From assembly GCA_047637555.1 (NCBI GenBank), contig JBLIKX010000001.1:8294-72293 (forward strand): a stretch of DNA of 64,000 bases, in the 5' to 3' direction. Below the pieces are notes generated by a model. That model saw nothing but the letters and a program-made list of their open reading frames with translations, ran no database searches and was not told the origin of the DNA. Of this stretch, positions 1 through 10,270 are shown piece after piece. Source of the stretch: Crocinitomicaceae bacterium (GTDB lineage: Bacteria; Patescibacteriota; Minisyncoccia; Phycocordibacterales; UBA1006). A program made the translations under genes and the position numbers. Positions within the stretch are counted from its first letter, which is position 1. Each line of letters starts with the position of its first letter.

Positions 1-72
1 AGATAATACATAATTTAGGGTCATGGAGACATGACTTAGTATAAGTATACCGTATTTTGTTATACTGGATCT

Positions 73-507
73 ATGATTAAGGATTTACTCGAAAAGAAAA
101 AGAAGATAATACTATTTGATGGTGAATGTAATTTGTGCGATTGGTCAGTTAAAGTTCTCCTAAAGAATGATCCAAAAGATATTTTTCACTTTGCTTCATT
201 ACAATCTGAGTTGGGAAAAAAAATTCAAGAACAATATGGAATTGATTCTTCAAAATTACATTCGATTATTTTGATTGATGATTATACAAATCACAAAACA
301 AAAACCTCTGCTATTTTCTCTATAACAGGTTCAATGGGAGCTGCATGGTCATTATTTAATATTTTTTGGATTGTTCCAAAATTTATTCGTGATGCTGTAT
401 ATATGTTTATTGCAAAAAACCGATATACATGGTTCGGGAAGCAAAATACCTGCATGATAATAACTGATGATATACGTCATAAATTTTTAGATCAGCATGA
501 GTACTAA
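73..507 (+). CDS. DUF393 / DCC-family thiol-disulfide oxidoreductase-like protein
   Basis: N-terminal FDGECNLCD motif typical of the DCC/DUF393 family; 144 aa. Confidence 0.65.
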   Translation: MIKDLLEKKKKIILFDGECNLCDWSVKVLLKNDPKDIFHFASLQSELGKKIQEQYGIDSSKLHSIILIDDYTNHKTKTSAIFSITGSMGAAWSLFNIFWIVPKFIRDAVYMFIAKNRYTWFGKQNTCMIITDDIRHKFLDQHEY

Positions 508-919
508 AACATTACCAATGGACCTCGGTGGTAATAATCAACCAAAGGAAGAATTTCAAAATTATGAAAAAATTATTAATGATCGTAGATCTGTTTATTC
601 AGTAAGTATTATTAAAGTTCATGACAAAAAGGGTATTAAGGCTTTTCTTAAAAGAACAAAAAAGATAAAAAACCATGACAAAGCAACACATCATTCTTGG
701 GCCGTACGTATTTCTAATAATGGTGTTATTTATGAATCTAAAAATGATGGAGGTGAGACAGGAGCAGGACAGGTAATCCTACGAATCCTCCAGAAGAAAC
801 ATATGATAGACACAATTGTTTGTGTGACGCGTTGGTATGGAGGTATTAAACTAGAAGCTGACAGGTTCAGGCACGTTCAGGACGCAACCTTCTATGCTTT
901 AAATCAAGTAATACGTTAA
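497..919 (+). CDS. IMPACT/YigZ (UPF0029) family protein
   Basis: HHSWAVRI...DGGE.GAGQ...VCVTRWYGGIKL motif block typical of the YigZ/IMPACT N-domain; overlaps the previous ORF by 11 nt. Confidence 0.6.
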   Translation: MSTKTLPMDLGGNNQPKEEFQNYEKIINDRRSVYSVSIIKVHDKKGIKAFLKRTKKIKNHDKATHHSWAVRISNNGVIYESKNDGGETGAGQVILRILQKKHMIDTIVCVTRWYGGIKLEADRFRHVQDATFYALNQVIR

Positions 920-972
920 CCACAAAGACCATCTCTACTCTTTGTGGTATGGTTTTGGTATAATAAAATTAT

Positions 973-1437
973 ATGAATACTATTATTCACTTGGCGGCAG
1001 ATCATGCGGGTTTTGAAATGAAAGAATTTCTTAAATCAGCTCTAGAAGAACTTGGCTATGATATAAAAGATCATGGGACTTTTTCATATGATCCTGATGA
1101 TGATTTTACTGATTTTATCCCTTTGGCCTCCAATGCTGTATCTCAAAACCCAGAAGATCGTGCCATTATATTTGGGGGTTCAGGAGAGGGCGAAGCCATG
1201 ATGGCAAATAGATTTCCACACGTAAGAGCTACGGCTTATTATCATTTTGACCCTGAGATAATCAAAGTTTCGCGTGAACATAATAATGCAAATATTTTAT
1301 CTATTGGAGCTCGATTTCTTTCAAACGAAGAGGTCTTAGAGTCAGTGTTATTTTGGTTAGAGATACCATTTCCAAATGAAGACAAATATGCCAGAAGAAT
1401 TGAAAACATGGAACTTTCTTCATTTAATGAAGAATAG
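973..1437 (+). CDS. rpiB: ribose-5-phosphate isomerase B (RpiB/LacAB family)
   Basis: GGSGEGEAMMANRFPHVRA active-site region; ~150 aa, typical size. Confidence 0.85.
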   Translation: MNTIIHLAADHAGFEMKEFLKSALEELGYDIKDHGTFSYDPDDDFTDFIPLASNAVSQNPEDRAIIFGGSGEGEAMMANRFPHVRATAYYHFDPEIIKVSREHNNANILSIGARFLSNEEVLESVLFWLEIPFPNEDKYARRIENMELSSFNEE

Positions 1438-1450
1438 TATTGTATAAGAC

Positions 1451-1945
1451 ATGACATACATTCGAATCTATAAAAGTTTTCAAAAATTTATTGATAAAGA
1501 TGAACATTTTTCTGAAGATCAACAGCAGGAAATATTAAAAAGTTTTGAAGACCCTCGACACAAAAAAATATTTAGACTGAGTGTTATTTTGCTTGTTTGG
1601 AGTACTATTGCAATAACTATTGATTCAACATTTATAGGAGGCGGAGTTATCGCAAGCATTATCAATGGGGCTAATTGGAGATTTTTTATACCTACTGCGA
1701 TTTTTTCTATTGTTAACTTTATTATAAAATTTATTTTTGTGAAGTTCTATTTAAGAGATAGTATTACGAATACTCAGGCTGCCTATTGCGGAATCCCGTA
1801 TGCTGGATCAGCACTTATTCTTGGATTCTTACTACGAGTTGATCCTCTTTTCTTGAAAGGTATTAAACATTATAGGGCTTATATGCTTAAACGTGGATTT
1901 AAATATATCTGTGTAAAATTTAATATAAAACAAAAAGCCTCTTAG
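1451..1945 (+). CDS. hypothetical integral membrane protein
   Basis: 164 aa with several hydrophobic segments; no recognisable motif. Confidence 0.4.
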   Translation: MTYIRIYKSFQKFIDKDEHFSEDQQQEILKSFEDPRHKKIFRLSVILLVWSTIAITIDSTFIGGGVIASIINGANWRFFIPTAIFSIVNFIIKFIFVKFYLRDSITNTQAAYCGIPYAGSALILGFLLRVDPLFLKGIKHYRAYMLKRGFKYICVKFNIKQKAS

Positions 1946-2406
1946 GCTTTTTGTTTTTCCTTAATAAATTCAAGAACTTCTTTTGGGTGACTTATTGGCT
2001 TTACCTTATTCCAATGTTTTACTACTATTCCTTTTTCATTTATCAAGAATGACTCTCGAGAAATACCCTTGTATTTTTTACCAAACATACTTTTATCTTG
2101 CCAAACCCCATATTCTTGAATCATTGTAGTTTCTGTATCTGAAAGAAGAATAATATCTAGACTGTGTTTGTCGCAAAATTTTTGGTGACTTGCTACGCTA
2201 TCTTTCGAAACACCTAATACAATAGCATTGGCTTTTTCAAATTCTTTTTTTAATTCTTGAAAACCTAATGTTTCAGTGGTGCATCCTGGAGTCATATCTT
2301 TTGGGTAAAAATATATAATAATATTTTTACCAATAAATTCTTCTAAAGTTCTAAATTTTCCTGTTTGGTCAGGTAGTGAAAAGTGTGGTGCTTTTTGTTG
2401 TTCCAT
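1942..2406 (-). CDS. bcp: thioredoxin-dependent peroxiredoxin Bcp
   Basis: YFYPKDMTPGCTTE peroxidatic-Cys motif; 154 aa. Confidence 0.9.
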   Translation of the reverse strand: MEQQKAPHFSLPDQTGKFRTLEEFIGKNIIIYFYPKDMTPGCTTETLGFQELKKEFEKANAIVLGVSKDSVASHQKFCDKHSLDIILLSDTETTMIQEYGVWQDKSMFGKKYKGISRESFLINEKGIVVKHWNKVKPISHPKEVLEFIKEKQKA

Positions 2407-2452
2407 ATGTCTTTAGTATAACATGTATGGGTTTCTAGGTTATAATAAGCCT

Positions 2453-3145
2453 ATGAATCCATATATTATCCCAGCAATAATGCCGCAACGTTTTGAAGAT
2501 ATTGAAGAATCAGCTGGACTTGTTAAAAATCACGTAACTACTATTCAATTAGATCTCATGGATGGTAAATACGTATCTGAAAAAACTTGGCCGTTTTTCT
2601 ACACTACTGACTATGATGTTACAGCCTTAAAAGCTCAAGACAGCTCTCTTCCATATTGGGAGGATGTAAATTATGAGCTTGATCTCATGGCTGAACGACC
2701 CGAAGAAAATCTCGATACTTGGTTAGGGCTTGGTGCTTCTCGTGTTATATTCCATTATAAATCAATACATGATTGGGATAAGATACGTGCTATTGATCCT
2801 GTTATTCGTGATTTCACACAGATTGGTTGCGCTGTAACGATTCATGATAATTTAGATGACGTAGAAAACTTAATAAGTGAAAATATTTTTGATTTTGTGC
2901 AAGTCATGGGTATCTCTCGCGTTGGATATATGGGGGAACCATTTGAAGAAGAGTCATTAACTCTTATTGAAAAGCTTCATAAAAAATATCCAGAACTGAC
3001 CATTACCGTTGATGGTGGAGTATCTCGAGAAACCATCTCTGACTTATATGATGCAGGAGCAATTCGTTTTGTCTCTGGCTCGAGTGTTTTTGGGGGAGGA
3101 ATGGCAAGCGAGAACGTTGAGGATCTTACTGATTTTATAGCCTAA
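2453..3145 (+). CDS. rpe: ribulose-phosphate 3-epimerase-like (RPE family) protein
   Basis: DLMDGKYV...VMGISRVGYMGE...VDGGVS...GSSVFG resembles RPE metal/phosphate-binding blocks; track ORF starts at 2423, likely start MNPYII at 2453. Confidence 0.65.
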   Translation: MNPYIIPAIMPQRFEDIEESAGLVKNHVTTIQLDLMDGKYVSEKTWPFFYTTDYDVTALKAQDSSLPYWEDVNYELDLMAERPEENLDTWLGLGASRVIFHYKSIHDWDKIRAIDPVIRDFTQIGCAVTIHDNLDDVENLISENIFDFVQVMGISRVGYMGEPFEEESLTLIEKLHKKYPELTITVDGGVSRETISDLYDAGAIRFVSGSSVFGGGMASENVEDLTDFIA

Positions 3146-3547
3146 TTTTTATAGCTATTTTTATTGGAAATGATAATCTAATGTTAAACTAAAAAATTAA
3201 TTTTGAAAAAAACAAAAGACAGTTTGTTAATTATTGGAATTAATATCCTCACAACGCTTATCACTATATCGTTAACGCTATATAACGTAAATTGGAATCT
3301 CATTGATTCGTTTTGGTTGTTTATTCATGGTATGGTGCAGGGTTTCCTAATAAATTTTCGTACTTTTTCTTTTTTTCTTTTCTTTTCTTATTTATTGCAT
3401 GGATTATTAAAATTCTTATTCTCTATTTTTTAAGTAACGAAGAAAAAAAATTTCTACGTAAAAAACATTCAATCCTAGGGGGAATACCTTTTTTTGGATT
3501 TGGATACGGAATTCATTTAAAAATCAAACAAAATAACATTAAGTCTA

Positions 3548-4672
3548 TTACTTAAAGTAGGTAATAGATTTTTTTATTATAAAAATTATTTTCGATGAAA
3601 AGATTTTTTTAATTTTTTGTAATAAGGATTTTTTAGTGAATATTTTTCTCGCACCTAATGATTTTGAAAATCTTTTTTTACTATTACCCTTTATCTTGTA
3701 ATATATTTCTAATTTTTCTGGAGGCATATTGATGACCTCTTTGCATGAAGTTGAACAAGTCATTTCCATTTTTTGTTTGCAATGCATACACTGAAGAAAT
3801 AAAAGATTACAGGCATAATTGACGCAGTTTACATGCCGATCACATTTATTTTTACATTGATTACAGTGAGATATTATTATATCTCCAATTTTTTCTGGGT
3901 CTCTTTTATCAAATACGTAATTAGAGCCAAGGAATCTATTCTCTAGTCCCTCGCGCTCTACTTGGTGTTTATAATCAATAATGCCACCATGTAATTGATT
4001 AGTATCCTTAAACCCTTTATCTTTTAGATAGGCAGATGCTTTTTCACAACGTATACCCCCAGTGCAATACAGTAATATTTTTTTGTTCTCGCTCCCTGAT
4101 AACTCCGCAGCAACCACAGGTAATCCCTCACGGAAAGTATCTATTTGCGGAGTGATTGCTCCATCAAAATAACCAATTTCAGATTCATAATGATTGCGCA
4201 TATCAACCACAATTGAATTATTATCTTTCATAGCCTTGTTGAATTCTCCCGCAGTGAGATGATTACCCACATTTTCAATATCGTAATTACCCAAGGTCAA
4301 ACCGTCAGCCACAATTTTTTTTCTTATTCTTACTGAGAGGCGATGAAAAGAGGTGTTATGGTGAACTCCGATTTTAAGAGGTACATTGTTAAATTCAGAG
4401 ATAGTATAAAGTTCAGATTTAAATTGATCCCAGTTATGTTCAGGAACCGACATTTGAGCATTGATTCCCTCAGATGCAATATAAATTCTACCAAGACAAT
4501 CTAGTCGTTCCCAGGTGGAGAAAAGTCTCTCGTGCATTTCTCTCGTATTATTGATTACAATATATTTATATAATGAAACAGTGATTCGATTAAATGTTTC
4601 ACTTTTAAGTTTGAGAATTGCTTCTTCTTTGGATAAGCCATAAGGTATTTGTTTTTTACCAATTCGTTGCAT
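3548..4672 (-). CDS. trhO: tRNA uridine(34) hydroxylase TrhO (YceA, rhodanese-like)
   Basis: ASEGINAQMSVP, CTGGIRCEKASA rhodanese catalytic loop and C-terminal HCNQC...C Cys cluster, colinear with E. coli YceA. Confidence 0.85.
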   Translation of the reverse strand: MQRIGKKQIPYGLSKEEAILKLKSETFNRITVSLYKYIVINNTREMHERLFSTWERLDCLGRIYIASEGINAQMSVPEHNWDQFKSELYTISEFNNVPLKIGVHHNTSFHRLSVRIRKKIVADGLTLGNYDIENVGNHLTAGEFNKAMKDNNSIVVDMRNHYESEIGYFDGAITPQIDTFREGLPVVAAELSGSENKKILLYCTGGIRCEKASAYLKDKGFKDTNQLHGGIIDYKHQVEREGLENRFLGSNYVFDKRDPEKIGDIIISHCNQCKNKCDRHVNCVNYACNLLFLQCMHCKQKMEMTCSTSCKEVINMPPEKLEIYYKIKGNSKKRFSKSLGARKIFTKKSLLQKIKKIFSSKIIFIIKKSITYFK

Positions 4673-4983
4673 ATATTTATTCTAACCAAAGGTAAAAATT
4701 TTTCAATAAAAAACTGCACCCTTAACAAGGTATGGATCACTCTTATAGACCTCACAAATCATTTCAAGAACTAATACTTGAAACAAAATTCTTAGTATAG
4801 TTTAGGATACCCAGCAATAACTTTTTAGCGTGAACTCTCTCCAGCACAACTTTTTTAGTACAACAGAGACATATTGACCTCAACCGAGGGTCCTGTATTC
4901 AAATATAAACTCTAGAGTGCAATGTTTTTTTTATCACTAGATGTCAATGATCTGTGATTGCATACATCAACGTTTTTGTAATC

Positions 4984-4992
4984 TGCTATAAT
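4984..4992 (+). promoter_or_regulatory. extended -10 element (TGcTATAAT) 6 nt upstream of the tkt N-subunit ATG; probable leaderless mRNA
   Basis: tgcTATAAT at 4984-4992 and ATG at 4999; no credible -35 or Shine-Dalgarno. Confidence 0.35.
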
Positions 4993-4998
4993 ATAACT

Positions 4999-5853
4999 AT
5001 GACAGATGAACGAATTAAAGAATTAGAATTAAAAGCAAATGATATTCGCATATCTATTATTGATATGTTAGAAGACGCAGGAAGTGGGCACACGGCTGGT
5101 CCACTAGGGATGGCTGACATGTTTGCAGTATTGTATTTCGAAATCATGCGACATGATCCAGAGAATGTTCATTGGGATGAACGAGACTGGCTCTTTCTCT
5201 CAAATGGACACACTGTTCCTGTACGATATGCAGCAATGGCCCATTCTGGATATTTTCCTCTAGAAGAATTAAAGACGCTACGGAAATTTGGATCAAGGTT
5301 ACAAGGCCACCCAGAACGTCATGCCTTACCGGGAATTGAACATACTGCAGGGCCGTTAGGAACTGGTTTAGGTCAGGCAGCAGGAGTTGCAACTGGACTA
5401 CTATTAGATGGAAAGAAAAATCATGTTTATTGCATTACCGGTGACGGGGAGCTGGATTGCGGAAATATCTGGGAATCAGCTATGTTTGCGGCTCATAATG
5501 GACTATCAAATCTAACGGCTATTGTTGATCGAAATAATATCCAAATTAATGGCGCAACAGAAAACGTCATGAAGTTAGAAGATCTTGCTGATAAATGGAA
5601 GTCATTTGGATGGCATGTAATTGAGATTGATGGGCATAATATCCAACAATTTGTAGACGCGATAAACCAAGCAAAAGCAATTCAAAATAAACCAACCTGT
5701 ATTATTGCTCATACTATTCCAGGAAAAGGAATCAAAGAAATTGAAAACGAGTTTCAATGGCACGGTAAACCACCAACAGCGGAAGAGGAAAAACGTTTCT
5801 TAAAAGAATTGAGGACATTAAGAGGTAAAATTGAGGCGACTCATTCTGAGTAA
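4999..5853 (+). CDS. tkt: transketolase, N-terminal (TPP/PP-domain) subunit
   Basis: GSGHTAGPLGMADM and GHPE motifs, GDGELDCGNIWE TPP-binding block; track ORF starts at 4954, likely start MTDERIK at 4999. Confidence 0.9.
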   Translation: MTDERIKELELKANDIRISIIDMLEDAGSGHTAGPLGMADMFAVLYFEIMRHDPENVHWDERDWLFLSNGHTVPVRYAAMAHSGYFPLEELKTLRKFGSRLQGHPERHALPGIEHTAGPLGTGLGQAAGVATGLLLDGKKNHVYCITGDGELDCGNIWESAMFAAHNGLSNLTAIVDRNNIQINGATENVMKLEDLADKWKSFGWHVIEIDGHNIQQFVDAINQAKAIQNKPTCIIAHTIPGKGIKEIENEFQWHGKPPTAEEEKRFLKELRTLRGKIEATHSE

Positions 5854-5855
5854 TT

Positions 5856-6332
5856 ATGGAAAACTACAAACCTAACTCGAGTAATTATAATGAATCTCCC
5901 TTAGAAGTTAACAATAGAAAATTCACTCTTGAACATGAAGTAGCTTCCAATCAACATTTAATTGAAAACAAGTCTGATGTGTTAAAAACATTAAATAATA
6001 AAATATCTAATTTACGAATGGCACTTGTTGGTGCACGAGAGCGAGAGTTTGAAAAAAAATCTAAATTAAAAAATATTAAAGAAATTGAAAAGGCAATAAT
6101 TGAGCTCAGAATAGATAAGGCCGAAGCGAAATTAAAGAATCTAGAATTTGATGAAGTATTAATTTCCCAATTACAAGCTGAAAAGCTAACCGATGAACAG
6201 CTACTTCATACAGATCAGATGATTTTAGAAAACACGCCTGAAGATATAATTGAATTAGATAAAGAAAGATCACTCCTTGAAGAAAGTATAATAGCTACTA
6301 AATTAATTGAATCAAAGTATCAACAAAACTAA
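5856..6332 (+). CDS. hypothetical coiled-coil protein sitting between the two transketolase subunit genes
   Basis: 158 aa, K/E-rich heptad-like sequence; its stop is 2 nt before the tkt C-subunit start. Confidence 0.45.
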   Translation: MENYKPNSSNYNESPLEVNNRKFTLEHEVASNQHLIENKSDVLKTLNNKISNLRMALVGAREREFEKKSKLKNIKEIEKAIIELRIDKAEAKLKNLEFDEVLISQLQAEKLTDEQLLHTDQMILENTPEDIIELDKERSLLEESIIATKLIESKYQQN

Positions 6333-6333
6333 T

Positions 6334-7320
6334 ATGATTAACACAGAATTAAAATTACATACTGATGTATTTAATACAGAGGAATTACCACATGCAGCAA
6401 CACGTGATGGTTTTGGGAAAGGTCTTGTCGAAGCAGGGGAGAGGGATGATCGAGTAATGGCATTATGCGCAGATCTCGCTGAGTCTACTCGAGCACATTG
6501 GTTCAAAGAAAAGTTTCCAGAGCGGTATGTCGAGGTAGGTGTAGCAGAGCAAAATCTAATGGCAGTTGCATCAGGACTAGCTAATTATGGAAAAATTCCT
6601 TTTGCTATGTCTTATGCTGCATTCTCTCCAGGTAGAAATTGGGAACAAATTAGGTCAACCGTTGCATTGAATGATGTACCAGTAAACATTGTAGGAGCTC
6701 ATGCTGGAGTGTCTGTTGGTCCAGATGGAGCAACACATCAGGCACTAGAGGATATTGCCACTATGCGCGTATTACCAAATATGATTGTTATAGTTCCATC
6801 CGATAGTGAAGAGGCACGAAAGGCAACACTAGCTATAGCTGCAAATAACAAACCTTCATATATTCGTTTGGCACGAGCAAAAACACCTGTTTATACGACA
6901 ACTGAAACATCTTTTGAAGTTGGAGTACCGCAGGTCGTATATCAATCTCGAAATCCAAAAATAGGAATAATTGCCTGTGGTTCATTGGTATATCAATCAA
7001 TACTTGCAGCAGAAGAGTTGAAAAAGGAAGGAATCGAAGTTTCTGTTATGAATCTCTCTACTATCAAACCTATGAATGAAAAAATGGTGACTGATTTCGC
7101 TAAAAATGTTGATCATATCGTAACCGCTGAAGAACACCAAATACATGGAGGAATGGGGTCTGCTGTTGCAGAAGTTTTGTCTCAGTATCACCCGACAAAG
7201 ATGTCGTTTATTGGTATGCACGATCGTTATGGTGAGTCAGGGACTCCTGACGAATTATTAGAGAATTTTGGATTTACTAAATCTGGAATCATTAATCACA
7301 TCAAGGAACAATTAACGTAA
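6334..7320 (+). CDS. tkt: transketolase, C-terminal (Pyr + C-terminal domain) subunit
   Basis: ATRDGFGKGL...GVAEQNLM...GPDGATHQALEDIA motifs; track ORF starts at 6307, likely start MINTELK at 6334. Confidence 0.9.
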   Translation: MINTELKLHTDVFNTEELPHAATRDGFGKGLVEAGERDDRVMALCADLAESTRAHWFKEKFPERYVEVGVAEQNLMAVASGLANYGKIPFAMSYAAFSPGRNWEQIRSTVALNDVPVNIVGAHAGVSVGPDGATHQALEDIATMRVLPNMIVIVPSDSEEARKATLAIAANNKPSYIRLARAKTPVYTTTETSFEVGVPQVVYQSRNPKIGIIACGSLVYQSILAAEELKKEGIEVSVMNLSTIKPMNEKMVTDFAKNVDHIVTAEEHQIHGGMGSAVAEVLSQYHPTKMSFIGMHDRYGESGTPDELLENFGFTKSGIINHIKEQLT

Positions 7321-7378
7321 TTAAAAATAGATCATAAGATTTGTTTTTAATTTATTATTTTGAGTGTAAAATAATAAT

Positions 7379-7549
7379 ATGATAAAAAATAGTGCGTATC
7401 TTTTTATATTTCTCCTTTTTTGTATGATGGCTTTTATGTGGTTTACTATTGATCAAAAAGATGTTCCCGAAAAAAGTCCTCAATTTAACGAAGAACGTGA
7501 TCAAACAGAAATAGTAGAAAATATTTTTAAAGAGGAGCTAGGAACATAA
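7379..7549 (+). CDS. small hypothetical membrane protein (56 aa)
   Basis: ATG at 7379, TAA at 7547; one hydrophobic helix then an acidic tail; below the track length cutoff. Confidence 0.3.
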   Translation: MIKNSAYLFIFLLFCMMAFMWFTIDQKDVPEKSPQFNEERDQTEIVENIFKEELGT

Positions 7550-7586
7550 AATCCATCAGAATTTATCATTCTGATGGATTATTTTC
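7547..7586. terminator. bidirectional rho-independent terminator
   Basis: perfect 12-bp inverted repeat atccatcagaat/attctgatggat with a 5-nt loop, flanked by A and T runs. Confidence 0.7.
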
Positions 7587-7907
7587 TTTTGAAATCATTT
7601 TAAGTTTCTCTAAATTCACTGGAGATATTATTTGAAGAGTCGCTTCAATGTTTGAACTTGCTTTAGACTTTTGTTCTTCAAGAGATAATTTCTTCTGATT
7701 GTTTTCATTAGTTTCAGGAAGCTCTCGGAGTTGCTTCTCAAGATCATTTATTGTTTCAGACAAATTTAAAATAAGATCTATATGGATGCTTTCACGGTTG
7801 TTATATTTTTCCTCCATATTAGAAGCATGTTCATTAGCAAATGCTTCTTTTTCATCGTTACTGAGGTGGTTATTTTTTGGCGTTTCAAGGTTAGGTTCGA
7901 AGTTCAT
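7566..7907 (-). CDS. hypothetical acidic coiled-coil protein
   Basis: 113 aa, E/N/K-rich; no motif. Confidence 0.4.
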   Translation of the reverse strand: MNFEPNLETPKNNHLSNDEKEAFANEHASNMEEKYNNRESIHIDLILNLSETINDLEKQLRELPETNENNQKKLSLEEQKSKASSNIEATLQIISPVNLEKLKMISKENNPSE

Positions 7908-8162
7908 ATTTTTATTATACCAAATAAATGTTTAAAATCTAGAATCTATCCAGCATGTCTTAAATTAATATGTTCTAACTATTGTTTTAATTTTTAATAC
8001 TATTATATATATTCTTAGATTTCCATAGCGCTCCTTCTTTTTGTAAGTATTCTTTTTTTAAGATATTCTATTTTTGCTAAATTATTTCAACAGTGTCTAT
8101 GAAGTGACTATCTTTACTTATTTTTAAATTATTAAATAAACTTTCCATGTTATTTTTATATC

Positions 8163-8192
8163 AAAAAATACCAGAAATTCTGGTATTTTTTA
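8163..8192. terminator. rho-independent terminator downstream of the PfkB kinase gene
   Basis: ataccagaa/ttctggtat 9-bp inverted repeat followed by a T run. Confidence 0.65.
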
Positions 8193-8201
8193 AGTGATAT
8201 T

Positions 8202-9206
8202 CTAGATTTTTTCTGGTTTATAATCTTCTGGTGCATTAGCAAGATATTCTTCAAGTTGCTCTTGTGTGAGTAATCCTTCTTGAGCTCCAATATATTGAAC
8301 AACGTTCATAGAGTTAATTGGCGCCCATGATAATGCTTCAGCAACTGTTTTTCCATGTCCCAGAGCAATAGTAAATGCTGATGAAAATGAATCCCCAGCA
8401 CCTGTTCGTTCTACTGGTGGTTTTGGGTCTGGGTAAATTCGATGGAACCAATACTCATCATTATATGAATCGTAGGCATAGGCTCCATCAGGTCCATCAG
8501 TAATACATACAATTTTTGGACCAAGTTCATGCATTTGTTTCATAAGATTTTTTATATCATCTGAGTCTATTTTAAGAATCTTTTGAGCTTCTTCTACGTT
8601 ACAGAAAAACACCTCAGTCGCTGAGTAAATATCTGAAAGTTTTTCTTTACCGAGAGAAATTTGGAATGTTCCTGGTTGAAACGCCATTTTGATATTATTT
8701 TCTTTTATCCAAGTTGCAATATCTGCGTGATATTGCATCGAATCTTCTCCAACAGAAGAGAAATAGACCCACTTAGGAATGAGATCTTCTGTTTGCTTGG
8801 CAAGATCGTAGTTATAGTTCTCATGTTTAATAAGAATTGTTCGCTCTGCTTGAAAAGATAGAACATAATGATAATTAGTATTTTTACCATCTTCTACTGT
8901 TACATAATCAGTGATTACTCCATTTTCTTTTAGCGCTTCAATACATTCTTTACCGAATTGATCATTTCCTACATGTGTCATTGTCGTTGAGGTCAAACCT
9001 AATCGTGCCGCAGATACTGCTGCGTTTGGACCATTACCAACTGCCTTCACTACCTTTACGCTGTCATACGGAATTTTGTCCCCAAATCGCATTTCAAGCA
9101 TCTCAGTTCCGTTATGTTCCTCTACCTCAGCATCTTGTAATTTAATAAATGCATCAATTACGATGTCACCGATTGCTAAGAAATCGATATTTTTTTCTTT
9201 ATTCAT
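8202..9206 (-). CDS. PfkB-family carbohydrate kinase (ribokinase-like)
   Basis: TGAGDSFSSAF anion-hole/ATP motif near the C-terminus, N-terminal GDIVID substrate motif. Confidence 0.8.
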   Translation of the reverse strand: MNKEKNIDFLAIGDIVIDAFIKLQDAEVEEHNGTEMLEMRFGDKIPYDSVKVVKAVGNGPNAAVSAARLGLTSTTMTHVGNDQFGKECIEALKENGVITDYVTVEDGKNTNYHYVLSFQAERTILIKHENYNYDLAKQTEDLIPKWVYFSSVGEDSMQYHADIATWIKENNIKMAFQPGTFQISLGKEKLSDIYSATEVFFCNVEEAQKILKIDSDDIKNLMKQMHELGPKIVCITDGPDGAYAYDSYNDEYWFHRIYPDPKPPVERTGAGDSFSSAFTIALGHGKTVAEALSWAPINSMNVVQYIGAQEGLLTQEQLEEYLANAPEDYKPEKI

Positions 9207-9253
9207 GATCAGATTATATCATATCTTTATCTGCGTGATATAATAACTCTTAT

Positions 9254-10135
9254 ATGAAAACATTAAAAGAATATTTATACGATGCTCAAAAGAACAACAG
9301 AGCTATTGCCCATTTTAACGTTGCAAATTCAGATATGCTGATGTCTATCTTTGCTGCTGCACAAAAAGTATCTCAAGATACAGATGAGAAGATCCCTGTA
9401 GTAATTGGGGTTTCAGAAGGAGAGCGTGATTCATTTGGAGTGACGCAAATTGTTGACTATGTAACGAGCTTACGTAACGAACATGATTATCCAATTTTTT
9501 TAAATGCTGATCACACATATTCTGTAGAACGAACCTGTGAAGCTATTGACGCTGGTTTTGATATGGTTATTTATGATGGGGCGAAAATTTCTCATCAAGA
9601 AAACCTTGAAAATACGAAAGCAGTCGTTGCTTATCGTAATAAGGTAAATCCTGAATGTTTAGTAGAGGCTGAGTTTGGTTTTATTGGTGGGGGTTCAAAT
9701 ATTAAAGATGAAATTCCAGAAGGTGTTTCAGAAGCGACCATGACAAAACCAGAAGAAGCAAAAGATTTTGTTGATGCTTCGGGGGTAGAGGTACTAGCTC
9801 CTTCAGTAGGAAACTTACACGGAATGGTAAAATCTGGTAATCCTGCATTAAATGCTGAACGTGTATCTGCCATCTGGGAAGCAACAAAAACTCCTCTTGT
9901 ATTGCACGGAGGTTCAGGGTCAAGTGATGAAGATTTTATAAAAGTTATAAACGCAGGAATTTCACTGATCCACATTAGTACTGAACTACGAATTGCATAT
10001 CGAAAAGGTATAGAAGAAGCATTTGCTTCTGATGCAGAAGTTCTGGCTCCATATAAATATTTCAAACAAGCACAAACAAATGTTATGTTGATAGCTGAAG
10101 AACGAATACGTTTGTTTTGGGGTTTAATAGTATAG
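9254..10135 (+). CDS. fba: class II fructose-bisphosphate aldolase
   Basis: HFNVANSDM, LNADHT, LHGGSGS motifs of the class II FBA/tagatose-bisphosphate aldolase fold. Confidence 0.85.
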   Translation: MKTLKEYLYDAQKNNRAIAHFNVANSDMLMSIFAAAQKVSQDTDEKIPVVIGVSEGERDSFGVTQIVDYVTSLRNEHDYPIFLNADHTYSVERTCEAIDAGFDMVIYDGAKISHQENLENTKAVVAYRNKVNPECLVEAEFGFIGGGSNIKDEIPEGVSEATMTKPEEAKDFVDASGVEVLAPSVGNLHGMVKSGNPALNAERVSAIWEATKTPLVLHGGSGSSDEDFIKVINAGISLIHISTELRIAYRKGIEEAFASDAEVLAPYKYFKQAQTNVMLIAEERIRLFWGLIV

Positions 10136-10270
10136 TTTGACAAAATGTTATTACGTTACATAACTGTGGATAACTCGTTGACCATATGATTGCTTGCTTG
10201 TAAGGTATTGGAAGTTCTCATTTGAGAGCTTTTTTAGTTACGGAGTTTCGCGGAGCACATATCGCATTTT

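Noticed and set aside
3203-3555. Two overlapping 76- and 80-aa ORFs in the rpe-trhO spacer
   Set aside because: F/L/I-only low-complexity translations of a T-rich tract (ttttctttttttcttttc); no start context; most likely non-coding spacer.
4673-4950. Possible SRP RNA or tmRNA in the moderately GC-rich trhO-tkt spacer
   Set aside because: No SRP domain-IV or tmRNA tag/tRNA-like motifs recognisable; left unassigned rather than called.
9631-10143. 170-aa minus-strand ORF antisense to the fba gene (likewise 25746-26102 and 26342-26650 inside rpoB, 27680-27970 and 28178-28447 inside rpoC, 63296-63811 inside the partial membrane protein ORF)
   Set aside because: They lie entirely inside well-supported genes on the opposite strand and have S/P/R-rich, low-complexity composition typical of antisense frames of AT-rich coding DNA.
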